Origin: Sandaracinaceae bacterium | GTDB taxonomy: Bacteria > Myxococcota_A > Polyangia > Polyangiales > Sandaracinaceae | Direction of reading: 5' to 3' | Length of the DNA stretch: 54,629 nucleotides | NCBI GenBank assembly: GCA_044220955.1 | Contig: JBGAQA010000042.1 | Coordinates: 1-54,629 of the forward strand | Part shown: one piece after another, positions 10,158-19,992 of the stretch | How the letters are laid out: every line of letters starts with the position of its first letter | Numbering within the stretch: position 1 is the stretch's first letter | Translations under genes and position numbers: made by a program | The notes under the pieces: generated by a model | The model's database searches: none | What the model was told of the DNA's origin: nothing | Seen by the model: the letters and a program-made list of their open reading frames with translations, nothing else

Positions 10158-10799
10158 TCAAGCGCGCGCGTCCGCCGTGCTCGCGCCCGTCGCGCGGTCG
10201 CGCCGCTCCTGCCACGTCGCGATCGCGAGCCCGATGGCTCCGGCGATCATCACCAGGTCGATCCACACGCCCAGCCGGAGGGCGCCCACGAGCGCGTAGA
10301 ACCCCGAGGCGCCGATGAGCAGGGTGGGCCACGCGCGGCCCGCCGGTCGGACCCCGAGGAGCGCGAGTCCGAGCATCATCGACAGAGTCGGGCAGGGCAC
10401 GAGGCCCAGAGGCGCCGCGACGAGGTAGGCGGAGGGCGACGCGTCCAGGAAGTGCGGGTAGATCCAGCCGAAGCCCGCGAGCAGGGCCCCGAGCCAGCGC
10501 GGCCAGCCGACGCGCAGTGCGATCGGCGTGCGATCGCTCCGCGCGGCGACGGCCGCAAGCCCTGCGCCCAGCAGCGCAAAGACTGCGCCGTTGAACGGGT
10601 TGCCGTACGCCCAAGCGAGCCCGCTGACGGAGAGCGGAAGGGCGCTCGACGCCAGTCCGGTCGCCCGCCCCGAGGGTCGCGCGCCGTTGAGCATCGCGCC
10701 CGCCGCAATCGCCACGAGCGCGTGCCACGCGAGCGCGAGGAACCACGCATCGTTGGCGATGTGCCCGAGGCCCGCGAGGATCTCCGTCGGCGTCGGCAT
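10158..10799 (-). CDS. Polytopic membrane protein of unknown function
   Basis: About 7 hydrophobic segments; GNPFNG and PCPT motifs. Confidence 0.7.
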   Translation of the reverse strand: MPTPTEILAGLGHIANDAWFLALAWHALVAIAAGAMLNGARPSGRATGLASSALPLSVSGLAWAYGNPFNGAVFALLGAGLAAVAARSDRTPIALRVGWPRWLGALLAGFGWIYPHFLDASPSAYLVAAPLGLVPCPTLSMMLGLALLGVRPAGRAWPTLLIGASGFYALVGALRLGVWIDLVMIAGAIGLAIATWQERRDRATGASTADARA

Positions 10800-10820
10800 G
10801 ACGAGCTCGGTCCGCGCCGG

Positions 10821-10836
10821 AGCAACGCTCGTGCCG
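10821..10836 (-). promoter_or_regulatory. Putative sigma-54 (-24/-12) promoter for the 10158-10799 gene
   Basis: Minus strand CGGCACGAGCGTTGCT matches TGGCAC-N5-TTGC with exact GG-N10-GC spacing, ~20 nt upstream of the ATG. Confidence 0.6.
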
Positions 10837-10873
10837 CCGCAGCCAGGACGATCGCTGGTAGAGTCCGCGAACG

Positions 10874-12511
10874 ATGAAGATCGAGTGCGACTACCTCGTG
10901 CTGGGCAGCGGCGTCGCGGGGCTGACGCTCGCGCTGGAGGCCGCGCGGCATGGCGCCGTGGCCGTCGTCACCAAGCGCGGGCTCGTGGACTCGAACACGA
11001 GCTGGGCGCAGGGCGGGATCGCCGCCGTGATGGATCCGGGCGACAGCTTCGCCGCGCACACGAGCGACACGCTGAACGCGGGCTACGGCCTCAACAAGCG
11101 CGCGGCGGTGGAGATGGTGGTCGAGGGCGGGCCGGCCGGGATCCGCCGCCTGATCGAGCTCGGTGCGGGGTTCGACACGCGACACGACACGGAGCCCGGC
11201 GTCGTCGTCGATGGCCGCGCGGTCGAGCCCCCGCTCGACCTGACGCGCGAGGCGGCACACACCGCGCGCCGCGTCGTCCACGCCGGCGACGTCACGGGTC
11301 GCGAGGTCTCGCGCGTGCTCGTGGAGGCGGTGCGCGCGAACGCGAACATCCGCGTGTACGAGCACCACATGGCGATCGACCTCGTCGAGCTGAGCAAGCT
11401 CGGCGGGCCGCACCAGGTCGCGGGCGCGTACGTGCTCGACACGACGAAGGGGGAGATCCACACGTTCGTCGCGCGCGCGACCGTGCTCGCGACGGGCGGG
11501 GCGGGGAAGGTCTACCTGTACACGACCAACCCCGACGTCGCGACGGGCGACGGCGTCGCGATGGCCTACCGTGCAGGCGCGCTCGTCGCGAACATGGAGT
11601 TCTTCCAGTTCCACCCGACGTGCTTGTTCCACCCCCAGGCCAAGAGCTTCCTCATCAGCGAGGCGCTGCGCGGGGAAGGCGGGGTGCTGCGGCTGGCCGA
11701 CGGCGAGGCGTTCATGGCGCGGCACCATCCGCTCAAGGATCTCGCGCCGCGCGACGTGGTCGCGCGCACGATCGACTTCGAGATGAAGCGAACGGGCGCC
11801 GACTGCGTGTACCTGGACATGTCGGCGCGTCCGGCCGCGTACCTGAAGGACCGCTTTCCGACCATCTACGCCGAGTGCCTGCGCTTCGGGATCGACCTCA
11901 CTTCGCAGCCGATCCCGATCGTGCCGGCGGCGCACTACATGTGCGGCGGCGTCGTGGTGGACCTCGAGGGTCGCACGAACATCCCCGGCCTCTGGGGTGT
12001 CGGCGAGGTCACTTGTTCGGGCCTGCACGGGGCGAACCGCCTCGCGTCCAACTCGCTGCTCGAGGGGCTCGTGTACGGCGCGCGAGCGGCCGAGTCGCTG
12101 CGCAAGGTGAGCCGCACGAGCGTCTTTCCCGACGTCCCGGACTGGGACTCGGGCGAGGCGGTGCCGAGCGACGAGGGGGTCGTCATCAGCCAGAACTGGG
12201 ACGAGCTGCGTCGCTTCATGTGGAACTACGTCGGGATCGTGCGGAGCGACAAGCGGCTGCGCCGCGCGGCTCGGCGCGTCGCGCTGCTCAAGGACGAGAT
12301 CCGCGAGTACTACTGGAAGCACAGCGTCACGAGCGACCTGCTCGAGCTCCGCAACATCGCGGACGTGGCCGAGATGATCATCGGCTGCGCGAGCGTGCGG
12401 CGCGAGAGCCGCGGGCTGCACTACAACATCGACTACCTCGAGACGGATCCGAAGCTCGCGCGCGACACGCTGATCGTCTGCGGGGAGCCGCCGCATCTGG
12501 CCAAGGAGTGA
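10874..12511 (+). CDS. nadB: L-aspartate oxidase
   Basis: GSGVAG, WAQGGIAA, MEFFQFHPT, FLISEALRGEG, LAPRDVVAR, PAAHYMCGG, GLHGANRLASNSLLEG, ESRGLH. Confidence 0.95.
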   Translation: MKIECDYLVLGSGVAGLTLALEAARHGAVAVVTKRGLVDSNTSWAQGGIAAVMDPGDSFAAHTSDTLNAGYGLNKRAAVEMVVEGGPAGIRRLIELGAGFDTRHDTEPGVVVDGRAVEPPLDLTREAAHTARRVVHAGDVTGREVSRVLVEAVRANANIRVYEHHMAIDLVELSKLGGPHQVAGAYVLDTTKGEIHTFVARATVLATGGAGKVYLYTTNPDVATGDGVAMAYRAGALVANMEFFQFHPTCLFHPQAKSFLISEALRGEGGVLRLADGEAFMARHHPLKDLAPRDVVARTIDFEMKRTGADCVYLDMSARPAAYLKDRFPTIYAECLRFGIDLTSQPIPIVPAAHYMCGGVVVDLEGRTNIPGLWGVGEVTCSGLHGANRLASNSLLEGLVYGARAAESLRKVSRTSVFPDVPDWDSGEAVPSDEGVVISQNWDELRRFMWNYVGIVRSDKRLRRAARRVALLKDEIREYYWKHSVTSDLLELRNIADVAEMIIGCASVRRESRGLHYNIDYLETDPKLARDTLIVCGEPPHLAKE

Positions 12512-12558
12512 GCGCGGATCCGTGACCCGCGCGTGCCGCTCGCGCACAATGGGCCTCG

Positions 12559-13227
12559 ATGCGCGTGCTCGTGGTCGACGACGACGAAGAGACGCGTGAG
12601 CTCGTCGGTGCTGCGCTCGCGCGCGAGGGCTACGAGCTCGCGCTGGTGGCCACGGCGGGCGCTGCGATGGAGCGGGCGCGCGCCTCGCGCTTCGACGTGG
12701 TCGTCCTCGACGTGATGCTCGCCGGCGAGTCCGGCCTCGATCTCTGCGCCAGGCTCCGCGAGGGTGGCGTCGAGACGCCCATCCTCTTCCTGAGCGCCCG
12801 GGGCGCGGTGGACGCTCGCATCGAGGGGCTCGAGGCCGGAGGGGACGACTACCTCCCCAAGCCGTTCGCGCTCAAGGAGCTCTGCGCGCGCGTGCGGGCG
12901 CTCGGCCGGCGCGGCCCGGGACTGCGTCCCGACCGGCTCGTGCTGGGCAAGCTGGTGCTCGACTTCGGAGCGCGGAGCGCCTCGTCGTCTGGCGTGAGCG
13001 TCCCGATCACGGCCCGCGAGTGGGAGCTCTTGCGGGTGCTCGCGGACGCGCGCGGTCGGGTCGTGCCCTTCGAGGACGTGCTCGATCGCGCCTGGGGTGA
13101 GGTGTCGGAGCGCTCGCGTGCGAGCCTCGACGTGATCGTCGCGCGGCTGCGCAAGAAGCTCGCGCCCATCCGCACGGTGCGCGGCGTCGGCTACGTGCTC
13201 GAGCTGGAACGCGAAGGGCGAGCGTGA
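12559..13227 (+). CDS. OmpR-family response regulator
   Basis: REC domain (VVDDD, LDVML, DDYLPKPF) plus winged helix (RLRKKL, IRTVRGVGY). Confidence 0.92.
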   Translation: MRVLVVDDDEETRELVGAALAREGYELALVATAGAAMERARASRFDVVVLDVMLAGESGLDLCARLREGGVETPILFLSARGAVDARIEGLEAGGDDYLPKPFALKELCARVRALGRRGPGLRPDRLVLGKLVLDFGARSASSSGVSVPITAREWELLRVLADARGRVVPFEDVLDRAWGEVSERSRASLDVIVARLRKKLAPIRTVRGVGYVLELEREGRA

Positions 13228-14561
13228 GCGCTCGCGAGTCCATCGCGCGGAGGGTCTCGCGCACGTACCTGATCGGGCTCGTGCTGGCGGCCACGAGCAT
13301 CGTGGGCGTGAGCGCGGTCGTGGGTACCGGCGTCGTGATCGTGCGCGACGACGCCGACGCGATCGCGCTCGGGCGAGTGCTCGTCACCGAGCTCGACGAT
13401 CACGAGGACGAGCACGACCGCGTGGTGCGGCACGAGCTCGCGGAGCAGCACTGGTTCGCGCGCCGCATCGAGGTGTGGAGCGGGTCCGACCGCATCGGCG
13501 GCGAGGAGCGAGAGGGCACCCTGGCTCGCTTCGCCGAGCGCCCGAGCGGGAGCTGCGAGCTGGCGTCGGTCGAACCGGCGTACGAGCGGGTCTGCGTCGT
13601 CCACGCGAGCAGCGGCGAGGCGGTGATCGTGGCCTCGGAGCTCGCGCCGATGCTCGGCTCCATGCTGCCGATGCTGGCATCGCTCGCGCTCGTCGCGCTG
13701 GCCGCCACGCTGCTCTTCGGCATCCTCGGCCGTCGGGCCGTCGGCCGCAGTCTCGAGCCGCTCGCGCGCTTCGAGGCCGCGATCGCCGCCGTTCCGGCGC
13801 GGGCCGGCTCGCGCGGCGTGACGGCGGCGTGGGGCTCGACCGAGCTCGACTCGCTCGCCGCCACCTTCAACGCGATGCTCTCGCGCATCGACGCGGCGGC
13901 CGTGCGCGAGCAGCGCTTCGTCGCCGACGCCGCCCACGAGCTTCGCACGCCGCTCACGCGCCTGCGCGCACAGCTGGAGCTGGCGCGCGCCGAGAGCGCC
14001 GAGGGCAAGCCGGTCGATGCGCGCCTCGCGGCGTCGGTTCGAACCGCGATCGAGCTCGCGAGCACGACGGAGGCGCTGCTCGCGCTGGCGCGGGACGCGA
14101 TCGGCAAGACCGAGCCCGTCGAGCTCGCCGAGGTGGTCGAGACGTGCGTGGCGCGCCTCGGCGACGAAGAGCGGGCGCGCGTCCGCTTCGTCGGGACCGA
14201 CGGTGTGAGCGTGATCGCCGACGGCGTCGAGCCACTCCTCGTGCTCGCCGCCGGGAACCTCATCGACAACGCGCTCAAGTACGGGACCGGGCCGGTCGAC
14301 GTCACGATCGGCGCCGAGGGCGACGTGGTGGCGGTCGTCGTCGCCGACGTCGGCCCCGGAATCGCGGAGGACGACCTCGCGCGCGTCGCCGAGCCCTTCG
14401 TGCGTGGCGCGTCCTCGGGCGCGGTGCGCGGGGCGGGCCTCGGCCTCGCGCTGGTCGACCACGTCGCGCGCTTGCACCACGGGAGCCTCTCGCTCGCCAA
14501 CCAGAGGCCGCGAGGGCTCTGCGCGCGTCTCGCCCTCCAGCGCTGGCAGGCGGCGGCCTGA
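13224..14561 (+). CDS. Sensor histidine kinase (2 TM, HAMP, HisKA, HATPase)
   Basis: FVADAAHELRTPL H-box, NLIDNALKY, DVGPGI, GAGLGLA; overlaps the regulator stop. Confidence 0.92.
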   Translation: MSARESIARRVSRTYLIGLVLAATSIVGVSAVVGTGVVIVRDDADAIALGRVLVTELDDHEDEHDRVVRHELAEQHWFARRIEVWSGSDRIGGEEREGTLARFAERPSGSCELASVEPAYERVCVVHASSGEAVIVASELAPMLGSMLPMLASLALVALAATLLFGILGRRAVGRSLEPLARFEAAIAAVPARAGSRGVTAAWGSTELDSLAATFNAMLSRIDAAAVREQRFVADAAHELRTPLTRLRAQLELARAESAEGKPVDARLAASVRTAIELASTTEALLALARDAIGKTEPVELAEVVETCVARLGDEERARVRFVGTDGVSVIADGVEPLLVLAAGNLIDNALKYGTGPVDVTIGAEGDVVAVVVADVGPGIAEDDLARVAEPFVRGASSGAVRGAGLGLALVDHVARLHHGSLSLANQRPRGLCARLALQRWQAAA

Positions 14562-14567
14562 GGGCTG

Positions 14568-14588
14568 GCCGTTCAAGAGCCGTTAAGG
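14568..14588 (+). promoter_or_regulatory. Putative OmpR-family tandem binding box upstream of the efflux operon
   Basis: GCCGTTCAAGA-GCCGTTAAGG direct repeat with 11-bp period in the short intergenic gap. Confidence 0.4.
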
Positions 14589-14609
14589 CGCACGTCGTAC
14601 GCCTGCGGC

Positions 14610-15830
14610 GTGACCCGATGCATGCTCGCGCTGCTCGCGCTCGGGCTGGCCGCGCCGCGCGTCGCGTCCGCGCAGGGTGGGTCCGCGCCCGGAGCGATGC
14701 CCCTGACGATCGCCGAGGCGCTCGCGCGGGCTGACGAGCACGCGCCCGACGTCGCGATCGCCGCGGCTCAGGCGGCGGTGGCCCACCGCGACGTGGGTGT
14801 CGCCGGGATCCTGCCGACCCCACGCATCGGTGGCGGCCTCTCGGTCGACTACGCGGGTGTGCTCGACCTCTACGTGCTCTTGCCGATCTTCGGGCAGCTC
14901 GACACGGCGTCGGACGCCGCGCGCGCTCGCGCGCGGGTCGCCGACGAGTCGATCGACGTCGCGCGGCTCGACGCGCGGCTCGCCGTCGCGCTGGCGTGGA
15001 CCGACCTCTGGCTCGCCGAGCAGAGCGCCGCGCTCGCGCTCGGCGAGCAGACGCGCCGCCAGCAGCTCGCGGAGGCGGCCGCAGCCCGCCTCGACGAGGG
15101 GACGGTCGCCCGCATCGATCTCGTCCGTGCCTCGGCCGAGGCGGTCCGTGCCTCCGCCGACGCGAGCGCCGCGGCGAGCGCGACCCGGGGCGCGTCCGCG
15201 CGCCTGGCGGGCACTCTGGGCGAAGATCCGACGGCGGTGTCGCTCGCGACACGCGGCGAGCCGCTCGGGGCGAGCGCCGCACCGATCGATCTGGCCGCGA
15301 TGCTCGACGCGCACCCGCTGGCCGTGCGCGCGGCCGTGGGCGTCGACGCGGCGCAGGCCGCCACCGAGCACGAACATCGCTCGCGCTGGCCCCGCCTCGG
15401 CGTCCAGGTCTCCGACTGGATCCACCGGAGCAACGACCAGCACGACGTGCGCCTCATGCTCACGATGGAGCTCGCGCTCTTCGACGAGCCTCGGATCGAG
15501 CGCGCGGAGAGCGCGCGCGAGCAGGCGCACGTGGAACAGGACGCGGTGCGCGGGCGCCTGCGCGCGGCCGCGCTCGCTGCGCGCGAGGACTACCTCGGCG
15601 TCGCCGAGCGATGTCGCGCGCAGAGCGAGAGCGTGGTGCCGATGGCGCGCGAGGCAGCGGATCTCGCGCGCGAGGGCTACGAGGAAGGCAGCGTGGATCT
15701 CACGACGACGCTCGCCGCCGCGCAGGCGCTCGCGGACGCCGAGCGCTCGCTCGCCGCGTGCCTCGCGGACCGTGCGCGCGCCGCGGCGCGACTCGACCAC
15801 GCGGAAGGACGGGCCGATGACTGGCAGTGA
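14610..15830 (+). CDS. TolC-family outer membrane efflux protein
   Basis: Signal peptide, LTIAEALARA, two OEP repeats, REGYEEGSVDLTTTLAAAQAL. Confidence 0.85.
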   Translation: MTRCMLALLALGLAAPRVASAQGGSAPGAMPLTIAEALARADEHAPDVAIAAAQAAVAHRDVGVAGILPTPRIGGGLSVDYAGVLDLYVLLPIFGQLDTASDAARARARVADESIDVARLDARLAVALAWTDLWLAEQSAALALGEQTRRQQLAEAAAARLDEGTVARIDLVRASAEAVRASADASAAASATRGASARLAGTLGEDPTAVSLATRGEPLGASAAPIDLAAMLDAHPLAVRAAVGVDAAQAATEHEHRSRWPRLGVQVSDWIHRSNDQHDVRLMLTMELALFDEPRIERAESAREQAHVEQDAVRGRLRAAALAAREDYLGVAERCRAQSESVVPMAREAADLAREGYEEGSVDLTTTLAAAQALADAERSLAACLADRARAAARLDHAEGRADDWQ

Positions 15831-16902
15831 GTGGCGCAGCGGTGCGCTCTGGTTCGTCGTGCTCGCGAGCGCGTGCGGGGGTCCCGGCGCGGAGGCGGAG
15901 GGCGAGCCCGAGGTCGAGGTCCCTCCGGCCCCGACCTGCGCCATCGAGCACGCCCAGCTCGGCGACCGGCGCACACTGCACGGCGTGATCGACACGCCGC
16001 CCGACGCGCGCGCGTCGGTCGCCGCCCAGGTCGCGGGTCGCATCCAGCGGGTCCTCGTCCGCGAGGGCGACGTCGTCGAGACGGGCGCGCTGCTCGCCGA
16101 GATCGAGGCAGGCCCGTCGTCCGACGCCCGGTCCCAGGCGCGCGCGCAGCTCGCGGAGGCCGAGACGCTCGTGGCGACGCAGCGCGCCGCGCGCGATCAC
16201 CTGGCGCGCCTGGTCGAGCGCGGCATCGCGCCGCGCGCACAGCTCGAGGAGGCGGACGGCCACCTCGCGGCGCTCCAGCAGGCGGCGGTGGCGGCCCGTG
16301 CCGTCTCGAGCGAGGCAGCGCGCGGCCTGTCGCGGACCCGCGTCACGAGCCCGATCGCGGGCACGGTGCTGCGCCTCGCGCGACACCCTGGCGAGACGGT
16401 CGATGGCACGCCGGCGACCCCGATCGTGGAGGTGGCCGACACGCGCTCGCTCGAGCTCGTGGCCAGCGCGGCCGCGCGCGACCTGCTCGTCATCGCGCGT
16501 GACCAGGCGGCTCGCGTGACGATCGACGGGCTCTCCGACGCCGTCGACGGGACGGTGCGCTCCGTCTCGCCGCTCCTCGACCCGACGACCGGGACGGGGA
16601 CCGTCCGCATCGCGCTGACCGGGCTCGGTCGCTCGCTGCCCCTGGGCCTCGCCGCCGAAGCGGTGATCGAGACGGGCATGCACGATGCGCTCGTCGTCCC
16701 CGAGGACGCCGTGCGCAGCAGCGCCGCCGGTACGACGGAGCTGCTCGTGTGTGAGGACGGCGTGGCCCACCCGCTCGCCGTCACCGTCGGCCAGCGGGTC
16801 GACGGTCGCGCCGAGATCATCAGCGAGATCGACGAGAGCGCGCGCGTGGTCGCGCGCGCGATCGGGCGCGAGGACGACGCTGCCTGCGAGCCGGCCCCGT
16901 GA
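15817..16902 (+). CDS. RND efflux periplasmic adaptor (membrane fusion protein)
   Basis: Lipobox ASAC; VAGRIQRVLVREGDVVETGALL and VTSPIAGTV lipoyl half-motifs. Confidence 0.88.
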   Translation: MTGSEWRSGALWFVVLASACGGPGAEAEGEPEVEVPPAPTCAIEHAQLGDRRTLHGVIDTPPDARASVAAQVAGRIQRVLVREGDVVETGALLAEIEAGPSSDARSQARAQLAEAETLVATQRAARDHLARLVERGIAPRAQLEEADGHLAALQQAAVAARAVSSEAARGLSRTRVTSPIAGTVLRLARHPGETVDGTPATPIVEVADTRSLELVASAAARDLLVIARDQAARVTIDGLSDAVDGTVRSVSPLLDPTTGTGTVRIALTGLGRSLPLGLAAEAVIETGMHDALVVPEDAVRSSAAGTTELLVCEDGVAHPLAVTVGQRVDGRAEIISEIDESARVVARAIGREDDAACEPAP

Positions 16903-19900
16903 GCCTCGGTGCCTTCGTCCTGCGGCACCGCGCGGTGGTCGCGCTCGCGACGCTCACGCTGGTGCTCGGCGGCGTGCTCGCGGCGACCTCGCTGCCGAGC
17001 GGCGTGTACCCCGAGGTCGACTTCCCGCGCATCGTGGTCGTGGCGCACGCGGGTGATCTTCCGGCGGACGTCGCGGTGACCTCGCTCGCGCGGCCCCTCG
17101 AGGAGACGCTCGCGACGGTCATCGGCGTGGTCCGCGTGCGCTCGCGCTCGGTTCGGGGTGCGTCGGAGGTGTCCCTCACGTTCGCGTCGGGCAGCGACAT
17201 GGAGGCGGCGCTCCAGCACGTCGAGAGTGCGGTGACGCGCGCGCGCGGCGCACTGCCGCCGGGCACCGAGCTCGAGGTCGAGCGCCTCACGCCCACGGCG
17301 TTTCCGGTCGTCACGTTCAACCTCGCGGGGCCCATCGATACCCGTGCGCTGCGGGAGCTCGGCGAGCTGGTGGTGCGTCCAGCGCTCTCTCGCGTGCCCG
17401 GTGTGGGCTTGGTCCGCGTGCACGGCGGCGACGTCCGCGAGGTGGAGGTCGTGCTCGATCCGCTCGCCGCCTCCTCCGCCGGTGTCGGTCCTCTCGACGT
17501 CGCGGCGCGTCTGCGTGCCGAGACGGCGCTCGGGCCCGGAGGACGGCTCGAGCTCGACCGCGCCCGCCTGCCGCTGCTCGTGTCGGGAGACGCGCGCGAT
17601 CTCGACGAGCTGCGCGCGCTCCCCGTCGCGACGTCGCTCGACGGAGCGCCGCTCGCGCTGAGCGCCGTGGCCCGCGTCGAGGAGGGTGCAGCGGATCGCA
17701 CCTCGCGCGTCAGCGGTCCGCGTGGGGCCACGGTCGTCGTCAGCGTCTCGCGCTCTCCGGGCGCGGGCACGCCGGAGGTCGTGCGTGCCGTCGAGGAGGT
17801 CGCGCGCGGCCTCGCGCTGCCCGACGGAGTGACGCTCGAGCCCGTCTACGATCAGGCGGATCTGGTCGAGGAGAGCCTGGCCTCGGTCCGCGAGGCGATC
17901 CTCGTCGGGATCGCGCTCTGCCTCGTCGTGCTCGGCCTCTCGCTCCGCGACCTGCGGGCGGGCGTCATCGCCGCCGCGACGGTCCCCATCGTGCTCGCGG
18001 CGACCCTCCTCGTGATGCGCGCGCTCGGCGCGACCCTGAACTTGATGTCGCTCGGCGGCATGGCCATCGCGGTCGGGCTCGTCATCGACGACGCCATCAT
18101 CGTGCTCGAGGCGATCGCACGCCGGCTCGAGCACGGCGAGCCGCCGGAGCAGGCTGCCGCGGGCGGTGTGAGCGACATCGGCCCGGCGGTCGTCGGTACG
18201 ACCCTGACGACGGTCATCGTGCTGGTGCCTCTCGCGTTCGTCGCGGGTCTCGTCGGCGAGTTCTTCACGGCCCTGGCGATCCCGCTCTCGGCCGCGGTGC
18301 TGCTCTCGCTCGTCGTCTCCTTGACGTCGCTGCCGATCGCGGCGGCGCGCTGGCTCGCCGCCCACCCGCAGGTCCCCGGGACGCCGCGGCTCGAGGTGCT
18401 CTATCGCCGCATCGCCGGCTGGGGCGCGCGTCGCGCCTGGGTCGGGCCGCTGCTCGTGGTGCTCACGCTCGCGCTCGGAGTCTTCCTGGCGCGAGCGACG
18501 CCGTCCGGGTTCTTGCCTTCCCTCGACGAGGGCTCGTTCGTGCTCGACTACTTCATGCCGCCAGGGACCTCGCTCGAGGAGACCGATCGCGTCGCGCGTC
18601 GGGTCGAGGCGATCCTGCGCGAGACGGCCGAGGTCGAGAGCTACACGAGGCGCACCGGCATCGAGCTCGGGCCGGCCGCAGCCACGGCCGAGAACGGCGG
18701 CGACATGATGGTGCGCCTGGTGGCGCGCTCGCAGCGCGAGCGCTCCTCGGAAGACGTCGAGGACGAGATCCGTGTTCGCATCGAGACGGAGGTTCCCGAG
18801 CTGCGCATCGAGCTCATCGCCGTCCTCGAGGACGTGCTGAACGACCTCTCCGACGCGCCGCACCCGATCGAGATCAAGGTGTTCGGTGACGACCAGGCGC
18901 AGATCGAGGCGACCGCGCACGCGATCGGCGAGCGGCTCGCCCCGATCGAGGGTCTCGCCGACCTCTTCGACGGGATCGAGGGCGCTTCGCCCGTGCGCGT
19001 CGCTCGGGTGGACGCCGACGCGACGTCGCGCGCGCACCTGAGCGCCCAGGACGTGCTCGACCGCGTCGGCGCGGGTCTGCTCGGCGCTTCCGGTGGAACG
19101 ATGCCGTTCCGCGACCGGCGCCTGCCGATTCGCGTGCGCTACCCCGACGCGCTCCGCTTCGATCCGAGCCGCGTGCTCGAGATGCCTCTGGTCGTGCCGG
19201 GCGTCGCGGGGAGCGTCGCGCCCACGATCCCGCTCGGCAGCATGGTGCACTTCGAAGACGCACCCGTGCCGGTGCAGCTCTCGCGCGAGGCGCTCCGCCC
19301 GGTCGTGCTCGTCTCGAGCGACACCGAAGGGCGCGACCTCGGCTCGATCGCGGCGGACGTGCGAGCCGCGCTCGAGGGGATCGCGCCGCCCGCGGGCGGC
19401 AGCATCGACGTCGGCGGGCAGGCCGCCGCGCAGGAGCGCTCGTTCCGCGACCTCGGCGTGGTGCTCGGCTTCGGCCTGCTGCTCACGCTGGTGGCGCTGG
19501 TCGCGCAGTTCCGGCGCGTCCGGCCGGCGGTCGCGGTGTTGCTCACGACGCCCTTCGCTCTCACCGGCGCGCTCGCGCTCCTGCTGCTCACGGGCACGCC
19601 GCTCGACGTGTCGGCGATGATGGGCATGGTGCTCCTCGTCGGTCTCGAGGTGAAGGCGGGCATCCTCCTGCTCGAGGTGGCCGAGGAGCACGCCGCCGAG
19701 GGGATGAAGTACGTCGACGCGCTCGAGCGCGCCTGCGCCCGCCGCATCCGCCCGATCATGATGACCGCGACCGCCACGCTCGCCGGCGTGCTCCCACTGG
19801 CGCTCGAGCAGGGACCGGGCGCCGAGATGCAGCGTCCGCTCGCGATCGCGGTCCTCGGCGGCATCGGCCTCTCGAAGTTCGTCACCCTCGTGGCGCTGCC

Positions 19901-19970
19901 CGCGCTCGCGGCCGCGCTCGATGGTGGCAGACGAGCGAAGCCTGCCTCGGATATCGTCCCGCCCGCATGA
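16899..19970 (+). CDS. RND efflux permease (CBA-type gene order)
   Basis: 1023 aa; LNLMSLGG, GLVIDDAIIVLE, GLEVKAGILL, RIRPIMMT proton-relay motifs. Confidence 0.93.
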   Translation: MSLGAFVLRHRAVVALATLTLVLGGVLAATSLPSGVYPEVDFPRIVVVAHAGDLPADVAVTSLARPLEETLATVIGVVRVRSRSVRGASEVSLTFASGSDMEAALQHVESAVTRARGALPPGTELEVERLTPTAFPVVTFNLAGPIDTRALRELGELVVRPALSRVPGVGLVRVHGGDVREVEVVLDPLAASSAGVGPLDVAARLRAETALGPGGRLELDRARLPLLVSGDARDLDELRALPVATSLDGAPLALSAVARVEEGAADRTSRVSGPRGATVVVSVSRSPGAGTPEVVRAVEEVARGLALPDGVTLEPVYDQADLVEESLASVREAILVGIALCLVVLGLSLRDLRAGVIAAATVPIVLAATLLVMRALGATLNLMSLGGMAIAVGLVIDDAIIVLEAIARRLEHGEPPEQAAAGGVSDIGPAVVGTTLTTVIVLVPLAFVAGLVGEFFTALAIPLSAAVLLSLVVSLTSLPIAAARWLAAHPQVPGTPRLEVLYRRIAGWGARRAWVGPLLVVLTLALGVFLARATPSGFLPSLDEGSFVLDYFMPPGTSLEETDRVARRVEAILRETAEVESYTRRTGIELGPAAATAENGGDMMVRLVARSQRERSSEDVEDEIRVRIETEVPELRIELIAVLEDVLNDLSDAPHPIEIKVFGDDQAQIEATAHAIGERLAPIEGLADLFDGIEGASPVRVARVDADATSRAHLSAQDVLDRVGAGLLGASGGTMPFRDRRLPIRVRYPDALRFDPSRVLEMPLVVPGVAGSVAPTIPLGSMVHFEDAPVPVQLSREALRPVVLVSSDTEGRDLGSIAADVRAALEGIAPPAGGSIDVGGQAAAQERSFRDLGVVLGFGLLLTLVALVAQFRRVRPAVAVLLTTPFALTGALALLLLTGTPLDVSAMMGMVLLVGLEVKAGILLLEVAEEHAAEGMKYVDALERACARRIRPIMMTATATLAGVLPLALEQGPGAEMQRPLAIAVLGGIGLSKFVTLVALPALAAALDGGRRAKPASDIVPPA

Positions 19971-19992
19971 CGCAATCGGCGGGGGCCCTCTC

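Noticed and set aside
10874..12511. sdhA/frdA call
   Set aside because: Length and motifs (WAQGGIAA, NSLLEG, ESRGLH) fit NadB, and no iron-sulfur or membrane subunits are adjacent
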